A stretch of 64,000 nucleotides of DNA from Bacteroidales bacterium (GCA_038237165.1 JBBRYZ010000001.1:30199-94198), one strand, 5' to 3'; shown: positions 1 to 10,872, numbered from the stretch's first letter. The notes: generated by a model from the sequence alone, not told the origin. Numbers and translations are program-made.

Positions 1-204
1 AAATCATAAAGATAAAAAAGTCCTGACGAATATATTAACAGAGGAGGATGAGTTACACATACGAAAGGAATCTGGCATTGAGGTTTAGCCAAATGAGGAA
101 AAGCAATAATATAAGTCCGATTAAAATAATGACAGAGAAAAATGGCAGAGAAAAACACTACTTTAGCCATAAAATTTTATTTCATTACCTGACACAAATA
201 AAAT

Positions 205-1488
205 ATGGGAATAATTATTTCGGCAACTTTTATAATTGGGTATATATTTATTGCGCTGGAGCATAAAATAAACATTAACAAAGCAGCTGTTGCCTTGCTT
301 ACAGGAGTGCTTTGCTGGACATTATATATTTTAACTTCGAATGATTCATTACTTATTTCCGAACAATTAACCGAACACCTGGGCGAAATATCCGGTATTT
401 TATTTTTCCTGATGGGTGCAATGACTATCGTCGAACTGATTGACGCACACGATGGATTTGAAGTCATTACAAAGACGATCACAACCGTAAACAAGCGAAA
501 ACTGATATGGATTATCGGCTTTCTCACATTTTTCCTTTCAGCTGTGCTCGATAACCTTACAACCACTATAGTAATGGTTACTTTACTGCGAAAACTCATC
601 TGGGATAAAAATGAACGAATGCTTTTTATAGGGCTGGTTGTAATTGCCGCTAACTCCGGCGGGGCATGGTCGCCGATTGGTGATGTGTCAACAACCATGC
701 TATGGATTGGCGGACAAGTATCAACCGGAAATATTATTGTTAAACTGATAGTTCCAAGTTTAGTTTCGCTGATAGTTCCTTTAGCGGCATTTACCTTTGT
801 TCTTAAAGGAAACCTCAGCGGTACAAGCCCGTCTGCTGACGATGACAAACCTACTGCCTCCGATTTTGAACGTAAGCTGATTTTCTTTTCAGGAATTGGA
901 ACTCTTTTATTCGTTCCGGTTTTCAAAACCTTGACCCATTTACCTCCTTTTATGGGAATGATGTTCGGATTGGGTGTGTTATGGGTAATTTCAGAAATTA
1001 TTCATAAGGATAAGGATGAGAGAGAAAAAAGCGCCTACTCTGTTCTTCATGCATTGCGAAAAATTGATATGCCTAGTGTTCTGTTCTTTTTAGGAATTCT
1101 GATTTCAATTTCGGCGCTTCAATCGGCAGGACAGTTAGCTCACCTTGCTTCGTTTATGACCGAGAAAATCGGAAATATTACTATTGAGGTTCTTTCAATC
1201 GGACTTCTTTCGGCCATTGTAGATAATGTACCTTTAGTTGCCGCTGCAATTGGAATGTATGATCTGCAAACATATCCCACTGACCACTTTTTCTGGGAGT
1301 TTCTGGCGTATTGTGCCGGCACGGGCGGAAGCGCACTGATTATAGGCTCGGCGGCAGGAGTTGCCGCAATGGGAATGGAAAAGATCACATTTTTCTGGTA
1401 CATAAAAAAGATTTCTTTTATAGCCTTACTCGGTTACTTTGCCGGAGCTATAACCTATATACTACAGCATCAGTTATTGGGTTTATAA
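205..1488 (+). CDS. Na+/H+ antiporter, NhaD/ArsB permease superfamily
   Basis: 427-aa polytopic membrane ORF with ATG start. N-terminal region and AANSGGAWSPIGD / VDNVPLVAA-type segments are typical of NhaD-like antiporters. The antisense 249-aa ORF (177..926) is low quality. Confidence 0.7.
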   Translation: MGIIISATFIIGYIFIALEHKININKAAVALLTGVLCWTLYILTSNDSLLISEQLTEHLGEISGILFFLMGAMTIVELIDAHDGFEVITKTITTVNKRKLIWIIGFLTFFLSAVLDNLTTTIVMVTLLRKLIWDKNERMLFIGLVVIAANSGGAWSPIGDVSTTMLWIGGQVSTGNIIVKLIVPSLVSLIVPLAAFTFVLKGNLSGTSPSADDDKPTASDFERKLIFFSGIGTLLFVPVFKTLTHLPPFMGMMFGLGVLWVISEIIHKDKDEREKSAYSVLHALRKIDMPSVLFFLGILISISALQSAGQLAHLASFMTEKIGNITIEVLSIGLLSAIVDNVPLVAAAIGMYDLQTYPTDHFFWEFLAYCAGTGGSALIIGSAAGVAAMGMEKITFFWYIKKISFIALLGYFAGAITYILQHQLLGL

Positions 1489-1631
1489 TAATTTAATACT
1501 GGCAATGATAAAATAAATCCATATTCATCTTTTAATTAAAGTCTTATCTTTATATAAAGGTAAGGCTTAACACAGGGAACTTTTTTTTTACTGAAAATGT
1601 CGGAACAGCCTGCTCTATAAAAATAAAAAAA

Positions 1632-2954
1632 ATGAAAAGAGATACTGTGTTTACAAAAGCCATAAATTATATTGACCTGCTAAACGAGGTTGATGATTAT
1701 GAAATAATTCATGACAGTATTGATAAAGGAATAGTCTTCAAAGGCACCAACCTCTGGATTCTGGTATTTGCGGTTATTATTGCTTCTGTAGGTCTTAACA
1801 TGAATTCCACAGCAGTTATAATTGGCGCTATGTTAATCTCTCCACTCATGGGTCCGATTAATGGAATTGGGTACAGTATTGCTACGTATAATTTCCCTCT
1901 TTTCAGAAAAGCTATCAAAAACTTCAGTTTTGCTGTTATTGCCAGCCTATTTGCATCAACCGCCTACTTTGCAATAAGCCCGATTGGAACTGTACATTCG
2001 GAATTATTAGCCAGGACAAGCCCCACTATTTATGATGTAATTATCGCACTTTTCGGCGGGCTGGCAGGTATTATAGCTCTAAGCAGTAAGCAAAAGGGCA
2101 ATGTTATACCCGGAGTTGCAATTGCTACCGCTTTAATGCCTCCTTTATGTACGGCAGGATATGGGTTGGCTACGCTTCAGTCTAATTATTTCTTCGGAGC
2201 CTTTTATTTGTTCACCATTAACACTGTTTTCATTGCAATTTCGTCGGTGGTAGTATCCCAGATTCTAAAATTTCCGATACTGCGCAATATCGATATTAAT
2301 CAGAAGAAAAGAGTCAACAGATGGATTTCGATTGTCACAATATTGGTTCTTATTCCCAGCATATACTTTGGATATATATTGATTCAAAAAGATAAATTTA
2401 ATGAGCAGGCATCGAGTTATGTTAAAAGCATTGGTGTTGTAAAGGGAAATTACTTGTTAAAAAACGAAATTGATTTTAAGACCAAAACCATAAAATTGGT
2501 TTATGGCGGGACCTCATTAAGCGAAATTCAGAAAAAGGAAATCACTAAAAGAGCAGTTGACTTTTCTCTGCAAAACACAAAAATTGAATTTCTCCAGGGT
2601 CTTACGTTTAATGAAAGCATCAAGGAAAACACCGAGGTTGATGATCTGAAGGCTGAAATGAACCGCCTAAATTCAGTTATTCAGCAAAAGGACAGTTACC
2701 TGGATAGTTTGAACAAAAGGAACCTGTTGGGTAGCCAGATATTGAATGAGATAAAAAACCTGTATCCGCAAATAATAAAATGTGCTTATGCTGAATCGAA
2801 TACATTCGATGAAACTACATCCACCCCTGTAAAAGCACAAGTAATTATTTTTACACTCCAAAAAAAACGTCTCTTAAAGAGCGAGAAATCCAAAATTGAG
2901 ATGTGGTTGAAATCGAGGTTGAAATCAACCAACATCATGGTTTTTTATGAGTAA
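1632..2954 (+). CDS. DUF389-family membrane protein with C-terminal soluble extension
   Basis: 440-aa ORF. The N-terminal half is hydrophobic, with MLISPLMGPI and LMPPLC motifs characteristic of DUF389/TIGR00341 proteins. Confidence 0.65.
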   Translation: MKRDTVFTKAINYIDLLNEVDDYEIIHDSIDKGIVFKGTNLWILVFAVIIASVGLNMNSTAVIIGAMLISPLMGPINGIGYSIATYNFPLFRKAIKNFSFAVIASLFASTAYFAISPIGTVHSELLARTSPTIYDVIIALFGGLAGIIALSSKQKGNVIPGVAIATALMPPLCTAGYGLATLQSNYFFGAFYLFTINTVFIAISSVVVSQILKFPILRNIDINQKKRVNRWISIVTILVLIPSIYFGYILIQKDKFNEQASSYVKSIGVVKGNYLLKNEIDFKTKTIKLVYGGTSLSEIQKKEITKRAVDFSLQNTKIEFLQGLTFNESIKENTEVDDLKAEMNRLNSVIQQKDSYLDSLNKRNLLGSQILNEIKNLYPQIIKCAYAESNTFDETTSTPVKAQVIIFTLQKKRLLKSEKSKIEMWLKSRLKSTNIMVFYE

Positions 2955-3491
2955 ATCGGAATCAGGAAACCTTTAACCGGTTTTAATCCTGCGAAAACTA
3001 TTTAATCATTTGCTACAGGTTGAGAAGACATTTGCATGTTAAAAATCACCTGTAATTTTACAAGGTCAAATATAGCCCTGTTTGTATTTACAATGGATAA
3101 GAATTTCAAATTACTTACTACGGTAGTACTATTTAGAGCTTTACCAGCATAAAATCCATTTTAATATCCTGATCACAAAAGTGGATTGTTTCCTTACTAT
3201 CCACATACAGAAAGAACAGATGGAAAATATAAACAGATAGCTTCCGCCAGGAAAATATTTAGCTGTTTATTATCAAAGGATGTTTTACGTTAATCACAAA
3301 GTTTACAGACAATCCTGATAAATAAGACTTTCAGCAACTACCACCCATACTTCCTCTATATAAAGACCCATGCAGGTACAAACGCCAGGCCGCCCGTGAT
3401 GTAACCGGAATTGCCTTTAACATGTGAAATATGTAACTTATTTCAAAAATTCTGTAATACTTTCATTATTCCCATACAGTAATTTAGCATC

Positions 3492-4604
3492 ATGGATGTT
3501 CATACGCAGAATTTTAAAATCAGATTAGGATTATTTGTTGCAGGAGGGTTGGCACTGTTTGTAATAGCCATATTTGTTATCGGAAAACAAAAAAACTTAT
3601 TTAATCCCGTTTTTAAACTTACAGCCACTTTTTCGAATGTAAGTGGATTACAGGTTGGTAATAATATTCGCTTTTCAGGAATCGATATCGGTACAGTTGG
3701 CAATATTATAATTGTTAATGATACTACGGTAAAAGTCGATCTGATGATAAAAACAGACGTTTGGCAATTTATCAAATCGGACTGTAAAGTTACATTAGGT
3801 TCAGATGGGATAATCGGAGACAAACTTATTATTATCCTCCCAGGAAGCACTGACGCTCCGTTGGCAAAAGAAGGCCAACGTCTGGAATCAATACAAACAA
3901 TTGAAAAAAGCGCCATCATGGCACGATTGGATGCAACCACAGCTAATGTAGAGGATATATCGCAACAAATATCCGACATTACTGATCATATCAATACCGG
4001 AAAAGGAACACTTAACATGTTAATACGGGATTCAATCCTTGCCGCGAATTTTAAACAATCCATAACAAATCTGAACAGGTTTTCCCGTGGGTTGAGCGGG
4101 TCGGATGTTGTAATGGCAAGTTTGAAAGAAACAGCACATAATGCGGAAGATATATCGCAACAGCTTTCATCTATTATGCATAAAATCAACAAGGGAGATG
4201 GAACACTTGGCCGACTGATTCAGGATTCAACTATAGCTGAGAATTTAAGTCAGACTATATTGAATTTTAAAAAGAGTTCGCAAGGATTGACAGGTACAGA
4301 TTCCTTAATGGCCAAATTGAATATTACCGCCGGTAATGCGGAGATTGTGTCGGAACAGCTTACAAAAATGATGCATGATATTAACAAAGGAAATGGGACA
4401 CTTGGAAGGTTAATAAGAGATTCAACCTTTGCGGAGAATTTGAATCAGACCATGATAAACCTGAGAAAGAGTTCAAAAGGATTAGATGAAAACATGAATG
4501 CCGTTAAACATAATGTAATATTCAGAGGTTATTTTAAAAAGAAAGCAAAGGAAGCAGCTGAGAAAGAGGAAGAATTAAATAAGTCAAAGATAAAAAATGA
4601 TTGA
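3492..4604 (+). CDS. MlaD/MCE-family protein with three internal ~60-aa repeats
   Basis: N-terminal TM segment followed by an MCE-like beta domain (GLQVGNNIRFSGIDIGTV). The C-terminal half carries 3 tandem copies of an AEDISQQ...INKG.GTLGRLI.DS motif. Confidence 0.75.
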   Translation: MDVHTQNFKIRLGLFVAGGLALFVIAIFVIGKQKNLFNPVFKLTATFSNVSGLQVGNNIRFSGIDIGTVGNIIIVNDTTVKVDLMIKTDVWQFIKSDCKVTLGSDGIIGDKLIIILPGSTDAPLAKEGQRLESIQTIEKSAIMARLDATTANVEDISQQISDITDHINTGKGTLNMLIRDSILAANFKQSITNLNRFSRGLSGSDVVMASLKETAHNAEDISQQLSSIMHKINKGDGTLGRLIQDSTIAENLSQTILNFKKSSQGLTGTDSLMAKLNITAGNAEIVSEQLTKMMHDINKGNGTLGRLIRDSTFAENLNQTMINLRKSSKGLDENMNAVKHNVIFRGYFKKKAKEAAEKEEELNKSKIKND

Positions 4605-4653
4605 GACGGCATGCAACCTGCATAAATAAATTTAATAAATAAAGACAAAACCC

Positions 4654-4878
4654 ATGAATGAGGATAACAAAAGTAGCAGTAATCATGATCTGCAGGATCA
4701 TATTGAACCTGAACACAATAATTCACCAAAGTGGAAACGAGTACATCATACCTGGTGGTTCTGGATTTTCCTGATTTTAATGCTGGGTGGCATTCTCTAT
4801 TACGTAATAACTGTCGACTTTGCGTTTGCGCCTCACAAGCAAATGGAACAACCATCGGGTACTAACAGAACACCTTAG
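4654..4878 (+). CDS. Small single-TM membrane protein (paralog of 13865..14086)
   Basis: 74-aa ORF with one TM helix (WWFWIFLILMLGGILYYVI). About 60% identical to the 73-aa ORF at 13865..14086, which supports both being real genes. Confidence 0.6.
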   Translation: MNEDNKSSSNHDLQDHIEPEHNNSPKWKRVHHTWWFWIFLILMLGGILYYVITVDFAFAPHKQMEQPSGTNRTP

Positions 4879-5202
4879 ACCGACATACAGTAATTGAAGT
4901 TCCGATGATGAATACACAAGAACTCTAAAATCTGTTATTCCGATTGCCTTATGCAAAATGCGGCAAGAGCCTGGCTCAAAGCTGTCTGAGGTAGTACACG
5001 ATCGAATTCTCATAGAGGAATAATCAACAAATTCTGTTAATAATGTAGAATTTTTATGATTTTTTCACAGTAATATATTCTCAACAGGCAATGCTGTGTT
5101 TAACTTTGTATTTATCCGTAGTCCGTATTTCAAAAAGTTGAAATTTCACTTTAATTGAAGTGCGTTTAAGAACCTTAATTTAAAACTCAAATAATTAATT
5201 GT

Positions 5203-5493
5203 ATGAAAATTAAGAAAGCATTAACTATCCTTTCATTAATATTTTTTATTGTAGGGATTGAATCATGCCAGCAACAGGGTAAATCAACAACATGGAGTGA
5301 TGCACAGAAAACGAAATGGAAAACAGAATGTCAGCAGGCACTAATCAAAAGGGGAGTGAAAGCTAACCAGGCAAATGATGTTTGTGATTGTATGTTTAAA
5401 AAGACATCGGAAAAGTACACCCCTGAAGAAGCAATAAAAATAACCATTGAAGAAGAAAGAAAGCTGTGGGAAGATTGCAACTATCAATGGTAA
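5203..5493 (+). CDS. Hypothetical lipoprotein
   Basis: 96-aa ORF with a signal peptide and lipobox-like GIESC. No recognisable family. Confidence 0.45.
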   Translation: MKIKKALTILSLIFFIVGIESCQQQGKSTTWSDAQKTKWKTECQQALIKRGVKANQANDVCDCMFKKTSEKYTPEEAIKITIEEERKLWEDCNYQW

Positions 5494-5719
5494 TGAACAT
5501 ATTGATAATTGCGGGGAAAACTAGCTGAGTCATAAATAGTGGTGAAATACCCAAACTTGCCGGTTTCGATCTGATGACAATTACTACTGAAATTTTCAGA
5601 ACTGCTCGCGAATCCCGTGTACGCCAATGGCAGCTGCAAATATCCTTAAGACAATGAGGAAACATTCATCCAGCAATATGAGTAATATTTAGACTTTTGA
5701 ACAATCAGAATTAAAAAAA

Positions 5720-8263
5720 ATGGATAAGAAAACACCAATAAACAATCCCAATTACGATAATTTGCCAACTGATGTGGATGGGTTTGATTTGCTTGCCGAA
5801 CTTGCATTGGATATGCGCAGTTCATGGAATCATGCCGCTGATGAATTATGGCAACAACTCGATTCGGAACTATGGAAACTCACGCATAACCCCTGGATTG
5901 TCCTTCAATCAGTTTCGAGGGATCGCCTTGAAATGTTGCTGGCAGATTCAACTTTTCGTAAAAAATTGAATGAAAGAGTTCATACCCGGAAACATGCTAT
6001 TGAGAGTCCCGGATGGTTTCAGCAAAAGTACCCCAAATCGCCTCTTACCTGCATTGCTTATTTCAGCATGGAATATATGTTAAGCGAAGCCTTGCCTATT
6101 TATTCCGGTGGCCTGGGCAATGTAGCCGGTGATCAGCTTAAAGCCGCCGGCGACCTTGGTGTGCCGGTAATTGGCATCGGGTTGCTTTACCAGCAAGGCT
6201 ATTTCCGCCAGGTAATTGACAAGGATGGAAATCAATTAGAGCTTTATCCTTATAATGATCCCGGACAGTTGCCCATAACGCCGTTACGTCATAAAAACGG
6301 AGAGTGGCTACGACTCGAAATAGCATTGCCCGGATACTCAGTTTGGCTGCGTGCATGGCAGGTACAGGTAGGCAGGCTTAAGCTTTACCTGCTCGATAGT
6401 AATGATGCGGCTAACTTACCTGCCCATCGTGGTATTACAAGCGAACTATATGGTGGCGGCCATGAACTACGGCTTAAGCAGGAACTGGTTCTCGCACTGG
6501 GCGGATGGCGTTTGCTTGCTGCTCTGGGTATACGACCGGAAGTATGCCATTTAAATGAAGGACACGCAGCTTTTGCCGTCTTGGAACGGGCACGAACCTA
6601 TATGGAAGAAACCGGATTGTCCTTTAACGAAGCCCTGATGGTTACCCGTGCAGGAAATATTTTCACAACCCACACAGCCGTTGCTGCTGGTTTTGATCTT
6701 TTCTCGCCCTTCCTTATTGAACATTATCTTGGAGACTATGCTAAAAAGCTTGGCATTTCAATTTCCGATCTTTTAGCGTTAGGCCGCTTAAATCCTGATG
6801 ACCCGAATGAGAGTTTCAACATGGCCTACCTGGCAATCAGGGGCAGTGGAGCAGTAAATGGAGTAAGTCGTCTGCATGGAAAAGTAAGCCGGCACATTTT
6901 TTCGCCACTTTTTTCACGTTGGCCTGAAGATGAAGTACCGGTAGGTCATATTACAAACGGAGTACATATGTCATCATGGGATTCCGCAGAAACAGATGAT
7001 CTGTGGACGAAGGTTTGTGGAAAAGGCCGTTGGCTGGGAAAAGCCGAAACAGCAGAACAAGATATCCGCAGTGTTCCTGACGGCAAACTTTGGAAAGTCA
7101 GGACAAAAGCCAGCGCTTCTTTTGTAAAATACATTCGCGAGCGCCTCGCTCAGCAATTGTCTATTTCCGGTACATCAACCAATTTTTCAAACGATGTTGA
7201 ACAAATATTCAACCCGAATGCGTTAACACTGGGATTTGCGCGACGCTTTGCCAGTTATAAAAGGCCCAATCTGTTATTATACGACAAACAGAGGCTACAA
7301 CGCATATTAACAAATACACAATTTCCCGTTCAGCTTATTATTGCAGGCAAGGCTCATCCCGGCGATGGTGAAGGGCACGCAATGATTAAGGAATGGATAC
7401 AATTTATTCATCAGCCAGAGATCAGGCCTCATGTCATCTTTCTAAGTGACTATGATATGCTTTTAACGGAACATCTGGTGCAAGGTGTTGATGTATGGAT
7501 CAATACTCCCCGCCGACCATGGGAAGCCAGCGGAACGAGTGGCATGAAAGTGCTGGTAAACGGTGGACTCAATCTATCCGAACTGGATGGTTGGTGGTCC
7601 GAAGCCTATACGCCTGAAGTGGGCTGGGCGCTGGGAGATGGAAACGAACACGGTGACGATCCGGCCTGGGATGCCATGGAAGCGGAACAACTTTACAATT
7701 TACTCGAACAGCAGGTGGTGCCTGAATTTTACAAACGAAATGAAAAAGGAATCCCCGTTACCTGGATATCACGAATGAGGGAAAGCATGGCGCAATTGAC
7801 ACCGCGGTTCTCAGCCGACAGAGCCGTTCGCCAATATACCGAGCAACACTATCTGCCAGCAGCAAAAGCATTTATTGATCGCGCTGCCGGCAAAAGTGCA
7901 TTGGGGAAGCAAATGGTTAATTGGCAGCAAGTGTTGGAGCAGAAATGGAACACATTACATTTTGGAGAAGTGAAGGTTAACACGCAAGATGGTAAACATA
8001 TATTTGATGTCCAGGTATATACATCTGATATAGACCCAAATATGCTTAGTGTAGAACTTTACGCTGATGGAATTAACGGCAGCGAAAAGGTGGCCCAGAA
8101 AATGAAGCTGGGACTAAAGCTGGATGTATCCGTTAAAGGCTACCATTACAGTGTAATAATATTGGCAACCCGACCTGCCAAAGACTTTACGGCAAGAATA
8201 TTGCCAAATTTCCCGGGAGTATCAGTTCCACTCGAATTGGATCTTATTCTCTGGCAGCATTAG
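5720..8263 (+). CDS. glgP: Alpha-glucan (glycogen/maltodextrin) phosphorylase, GT35, long GlgP-type
   Basis: 847-aa ORF. It has motifs typical of alpha-glucan family phosphorylases: YFSMEYMLSEALPIYSGGLGNVAGD, NGVSRLHG, the EASGTSGMK PLP-lysine region and a C-terminal DUF3417-like tail. Confidence 0.9.
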   Translation: MDKKTPINNPNYDNLPTDVDGFDLLAELALDMRSSWNHAADELWQQLDSELWKLTHNPWIVLQSVSRDRLEMLLADSTFRKKLNERVHTRKHAIESPGWFQQKYPKSPLTCIAYFSMEYMLSEALPIYSGGLGNVAGDQLKAAGDLGVPVIGIGLLYQQGYFRQVIDKDGNQLELYPYNDPGQLPITPLRHKNGEWLRLEIALPGYSVWLRAWQVQVGRLKLYLLDSNDAANLPAHRGITSELYGGGHELRLKQELVLALGGWRLLAALGIRPEVCHLNEGHAAFAVLERARTYMEETGLSFNEALMVTRAGNIFTTHTAVAAGFDLFSPFLIEHYLGDYAKKLGISISDLLALGRLNPDDPNESFNMAYLAIRGSGAVNGVSRLHGKVSRHIFSPLFSRWPEDEVPVGHITNGVHMSSWDSAETDDLWTKVCGKGRWLGKAETAEQDIRSVPDGKLWKVRTKASASFVKYIRERLAQQLSISGTSTNFSNDVEQIFNPNALTLGFARRFASYKRPNLLLYDKQRLQRILTNTQFPVQLIIAGKAHPGDGEGHAMIKEWIQFIHQPEIRPHVIFLSDYDMLLTEHLVQGVDVWINTPRRPWEASGTSGMKVLVNGGLNLSELDGWWSEAYTPEVGWALGDGNEHGDDPAWDAMEAEQLYNLLEQQVVPEFYKRNEKGIPVTWISRMRESMAQLTPRFSADRAVRQYTEQHYLPAAKAFIDRAAGKSALGKQMVNWQQVLEQKWNTLHFGEVKVNTQDGKHIFDVQVYTSDIDPNMLSVELYADGINGSEKVAQKMKLGLKLDVSVKGYHYSVIILATRPAKDFTARILPNFPGVSVPLELDLILWQH

Positions 8264-8346
8264 TTTTTAAACAATGTGAAATATAAATCCAAATCAAGAT
8301 TATAAAATTGGAATGATGTGGTTTGTGTCGTATTAAGTTAATACCA

Positions 8347-8820
8347 ATGAAGACAACAAATTCAATCACTTGCCTGTTTCTGGATATCGGTGGCGTTCTG
8401 CTCTCCGACGGTTGGGATCATAATGCCCGCAAACGGGCTGCCACGAAATTCAATCTGGAAGTGTCCGAAATGGAGACCCGACATCATCTGATTTTCGATA
8501 CTTACGAGGAAGGAAAGGTCACGATGGATGAATATTTAGATATAGTGGTTTCGTACAAAGAAAGGTCTTTCACCAGGCCTGAATTTCGGAGTTTTTTGTT
8601 TGCACAAACGGAACCCCTCTCCGATATCGATATCTTTCGTTTGGCGCTTAACGCAGCTCATGTGCCCACAGAGCAGGCTGTTTATATCGATGACCTGCCA
8701 TTGTATGTGCAAGTTGCAGAAGGCTTGGGTATTCGCGGCATTCATCATACCGATTACAAGTCAACCCTCACACAGCTGACATCTTTCGGTTTACTCCATA
8801 ACGAGAGGGTCGTCCCATGA
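8347..8820 (+). CDS. HAD-family hydrolase, apparently carrying an internal in-frame deletion (possibly inactive)
   Basis: Motif I-like FLDIGGVLL and motif IV YIDD are present. Only ~30 aa lie between the cap region and motif IV, where motif II (S/T) and motif III (K) would be expected. The ATG at 8347 is preferred over the TTG at 8323. Confidence 0.6.
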   Translation: MKTTNSITCLFLDIGGVLLSDGWDHNARKRAATKFNLEVSEMETRHHLIFDTYEEGKVTMDEYLDIVVSYKERSFTRPEFRSFLFAQTEPLSDIDIFRLALNAAHVPTEQAVYIDDLPLYVQVAEGLGIRGIHHTDYKSTLTQLTSFGLLHNERVVP

Positions 8821-10007
8821 AACACATTAAGTCATATATTCTAACCATCAACGGCGGTTCGTCCAGCATCAAATTTGCGATTTACAAAGCAAGTAAGCCA
8901 CTAAAAAAAACACTTTACGGCAAAATTAACCGTATTGGTTCACCGGATACGACGCTGACTTTTAATGACCAAACTAAGAATAAACAGCAAAGCATAAATT
9001 TAGAAGCTTCGGATCATAAGGCAGCGGTAAATTTCCTGATTGACTGGCTTGAAGGGCAGCACGATTTTAATTCCATCAGCGCCATCGGACACAGAGTTGT
9101 TCATGGCATGAAACACATGGAGCCGGAGATTATCACCAAAAAATTGTTGGATGAACTGCATCGGTTTGAAATTTACGATCCGGATCATTTGCCTGCTGAG
9201 ATTGAACTGATCAAGGGATTTCTTCAGCGATATCCGAAACTAAAACAGGTTGCCTGCTTCGATACAGCGTTTCACAGCACCATGCCCCGAATTGCAAAAA
9301 TAGTGCCCATTCCGCGACATTACGAAAATAAAGGCGTTCAGCGATATGGCTTCCATGGTTTATCCTATGCTTATCTGATGGAAGAACTCGCTCGTTTGGA
9401 AGACACTAAGGTTGCGAATGGCCGTGTCATTCTTGCTCACCTTGGCAGTGGAGCAAGCATGGCAGCAGTACTTAACGGACAAAGTATCGATACAACAATG
9501 GCTTTTACCCCCGCTTCAGGTCTGATGATGAGCACCCGTTCCGGTGATGTTGATCCCGGTCTGATTTCTTTTTTAGCCCGAAGCGAGAATATGACCACCT
9601 TACAATTTGACAAAATGGTGAACCATAAATCTGGATTGTTGGGAGTATCAGAAGCCAGTTCCGACATGCACGACTTATTAAGAAAGGAAGAAGAAGATAT
9701 TAGAGCTGCTGAGGCTGTGGAATTGTTTTGTTACCAGGCAAAGAAACAGATTGGCGCTTATGCCGCTGCATTAGGTGGACTCGACATATTGATATTTGCC
9801 GGAGGTATTGGCGAAAATGCTCCGGAAATACGATCAAGGATTTGCAAAGGCTTGGAATTTCTTGGAATCGAACTTGAAGAAAAGCGAAATAGGACAAACT
9901 CCCCGATAATTTCTACAAATAAAGAAAAGGCTGTCGTTAGGGTCATTCATACTGATGAGGAATGGATGATTGCCAAAACAGTAAGTAAAATGTTAAAAAT
10001 TAATTAA
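8817..10007 (+). CDS. ackA: Acetate kinase
   Basis: 396-aa ORF with N-terminal ILTINGGSSSIKF, GHRVVHG, FDTAFH and YGFHGLSY motifs. Its start overlaps the upstream stop (ATGA). Confidence 0.92.
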   Translation: MKHIKSYILTINGGSSSIKFAIYKASKPLKKTLYGKINRIGSPDTTLTFNDQTKNKQQSINLEASDHKAAVNFLIDWLEGQHDFNSISAIGHRVVHGMKHMEPEIITKKLLDELHRFEIYDPDHLPAEIELIKGFLQRYPKLKQVACFDTAFHSTMPRIAKIVPIPRHYENKGVQRYGFHGLSYAYLMEELARLEDTKVANGRVILAHLGSGASMAAVLNGQSIDTTMAFTPASGLMMSTRSGDVDPGLISFLARSENMTTLQFDKMVNHKSGLLGVSEASSDMHDLLRKEEEDIRAAEAVELFCYQAKKQIGAYAAALGGLDILIFAGGIGENAPEIRSRICKGLEFLGIELEEKRNRTNSPIISTNKEKAVVRVIHTDEEWMIAKTVSKMLKIN

Positions 10008-10023
10008 TGAAAGGAAAACGATT

Positions 10024-10788
10024 ATGTTAATCAAAGCAAAAACATTAAAAGGCTATAAATTAGATACTGAAGATGGCGAAATAGGTAATGTTAAAGAATT
10101 CTATTTCGACGACAAGCACTGGGCAATTCGCTATCTGGTTGTCGACACAGCAAACTGGCTCACTGGCAGAAGAGTATTGATTTCACCCTATGCATTGGCT
10201 TCTGTAAATCAGGAAGCAAAAAACATCGGCATTAGTTTGAGTAAAAAACAGATCGAGGGCAGTCCATCTCTGGAAAGCGACAGACCCGTATCAAAACAAT
10301 TTGAAACGGCTTACAATGGGTATTATGGATGGCCGGAATATTGGAGCGGCGCATACATGTGGGGGCCTTATACTTTTTTAAAGCGCGACAGCAAAGAATG
10401 GAAGGAACTAAAACACCAAGAGGAATCATGGAATCCCCATTTGCGCAGCACCAATGATGTGATTGGCCACAATATTCAAGCTAGCAATGGCGAAATAGGT
10501 CATGTAGAGGACTTTATAATTGATGATGAAACCTGGGCAATTCGTTATCTGATTATAGATACTAAAAACTGGTGGGGCGGAAAGAAAGTCTTGGTTTCGC
10601 CTCAATGGATTGATCATGTTAGTTGGGAAGAAATGAAAGTGTTCGTGAATCTTTCCCGTGAGAGTATTAAGCAGTCACCGGAATATTCAGAGGAGTTTCT
10701 GCTAACCCGCGATTTTGAGACCGATTTGCATCAACATTACAATCGCAAGGGATATTGGGTCGATGAATCTGCTGCTCATAAGCTTTAA
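10024..10788 (+). CDS. Tandem PRC-barrel domain protein
   Basis: Two copies of the DGEIG.V.DF..DD..WAIRYL..DT motif typical of PRC-barrel domains. Confidence 0.7.
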   Translation: MLIKAKTLKGYKLDTEDGEIGNVKEFYFDDKHWAIRYLVVDTANWLTGRRVLISPYALASVNQEAKNIGISLSKKQIEGSPSLESDRPVSKQFETAYNGYYGWPEYWSGAYMWGPYTFLKRDSKEWKELKHQEESWNPHLRSTNDVIGHNIQASNGEIGHVEDFIIDDETWAIRYLIIDTKNWWGGKKVLVSPQWIDHVSWEEMKVFVNLSRESIKQSPEYSEEFLLTRDFETDLHQHYNRKGYWVDESAAHKL

Positions 10789-10872
10789 CTATGAAGCAAA
10801 TATGAGAAAGAGTTTTCTCACCCAATTGACTTATTAAAACCCAGCATAAAAATAACAAGAAAGGAATCAATC

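Noticed and set aside
177-926. Long antisense ORFs opposite confident genes (177..926, 3500..3979, 15499..15930, 19927..20511, 21178..21660, 21285..21701, 27352..28005, 37374..37913, 49210..49680, 56669..57115, 58271..58675, 59128..59610, 60335..60910, 63545..63940 and others).
   Set aside because: Each overlaps a gene with clear family motifs on the other strand and has no recognisable motif of its own. They are shadow ORFs.
2955-3491. The 537-bp intergenic region (and similar gaps at 4879-5202, 29771-30337, 42559-43035 and 55993-56479) inspected for RNA genes or riboswitches.
   Set aside because: I could not recognise any conserved RNA motif (tRNA T-loop, riboswitch cores, 6S/tmRNA/RNase P signatures) by eye. 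This would need covariance-model searches, so nothing is claimed.
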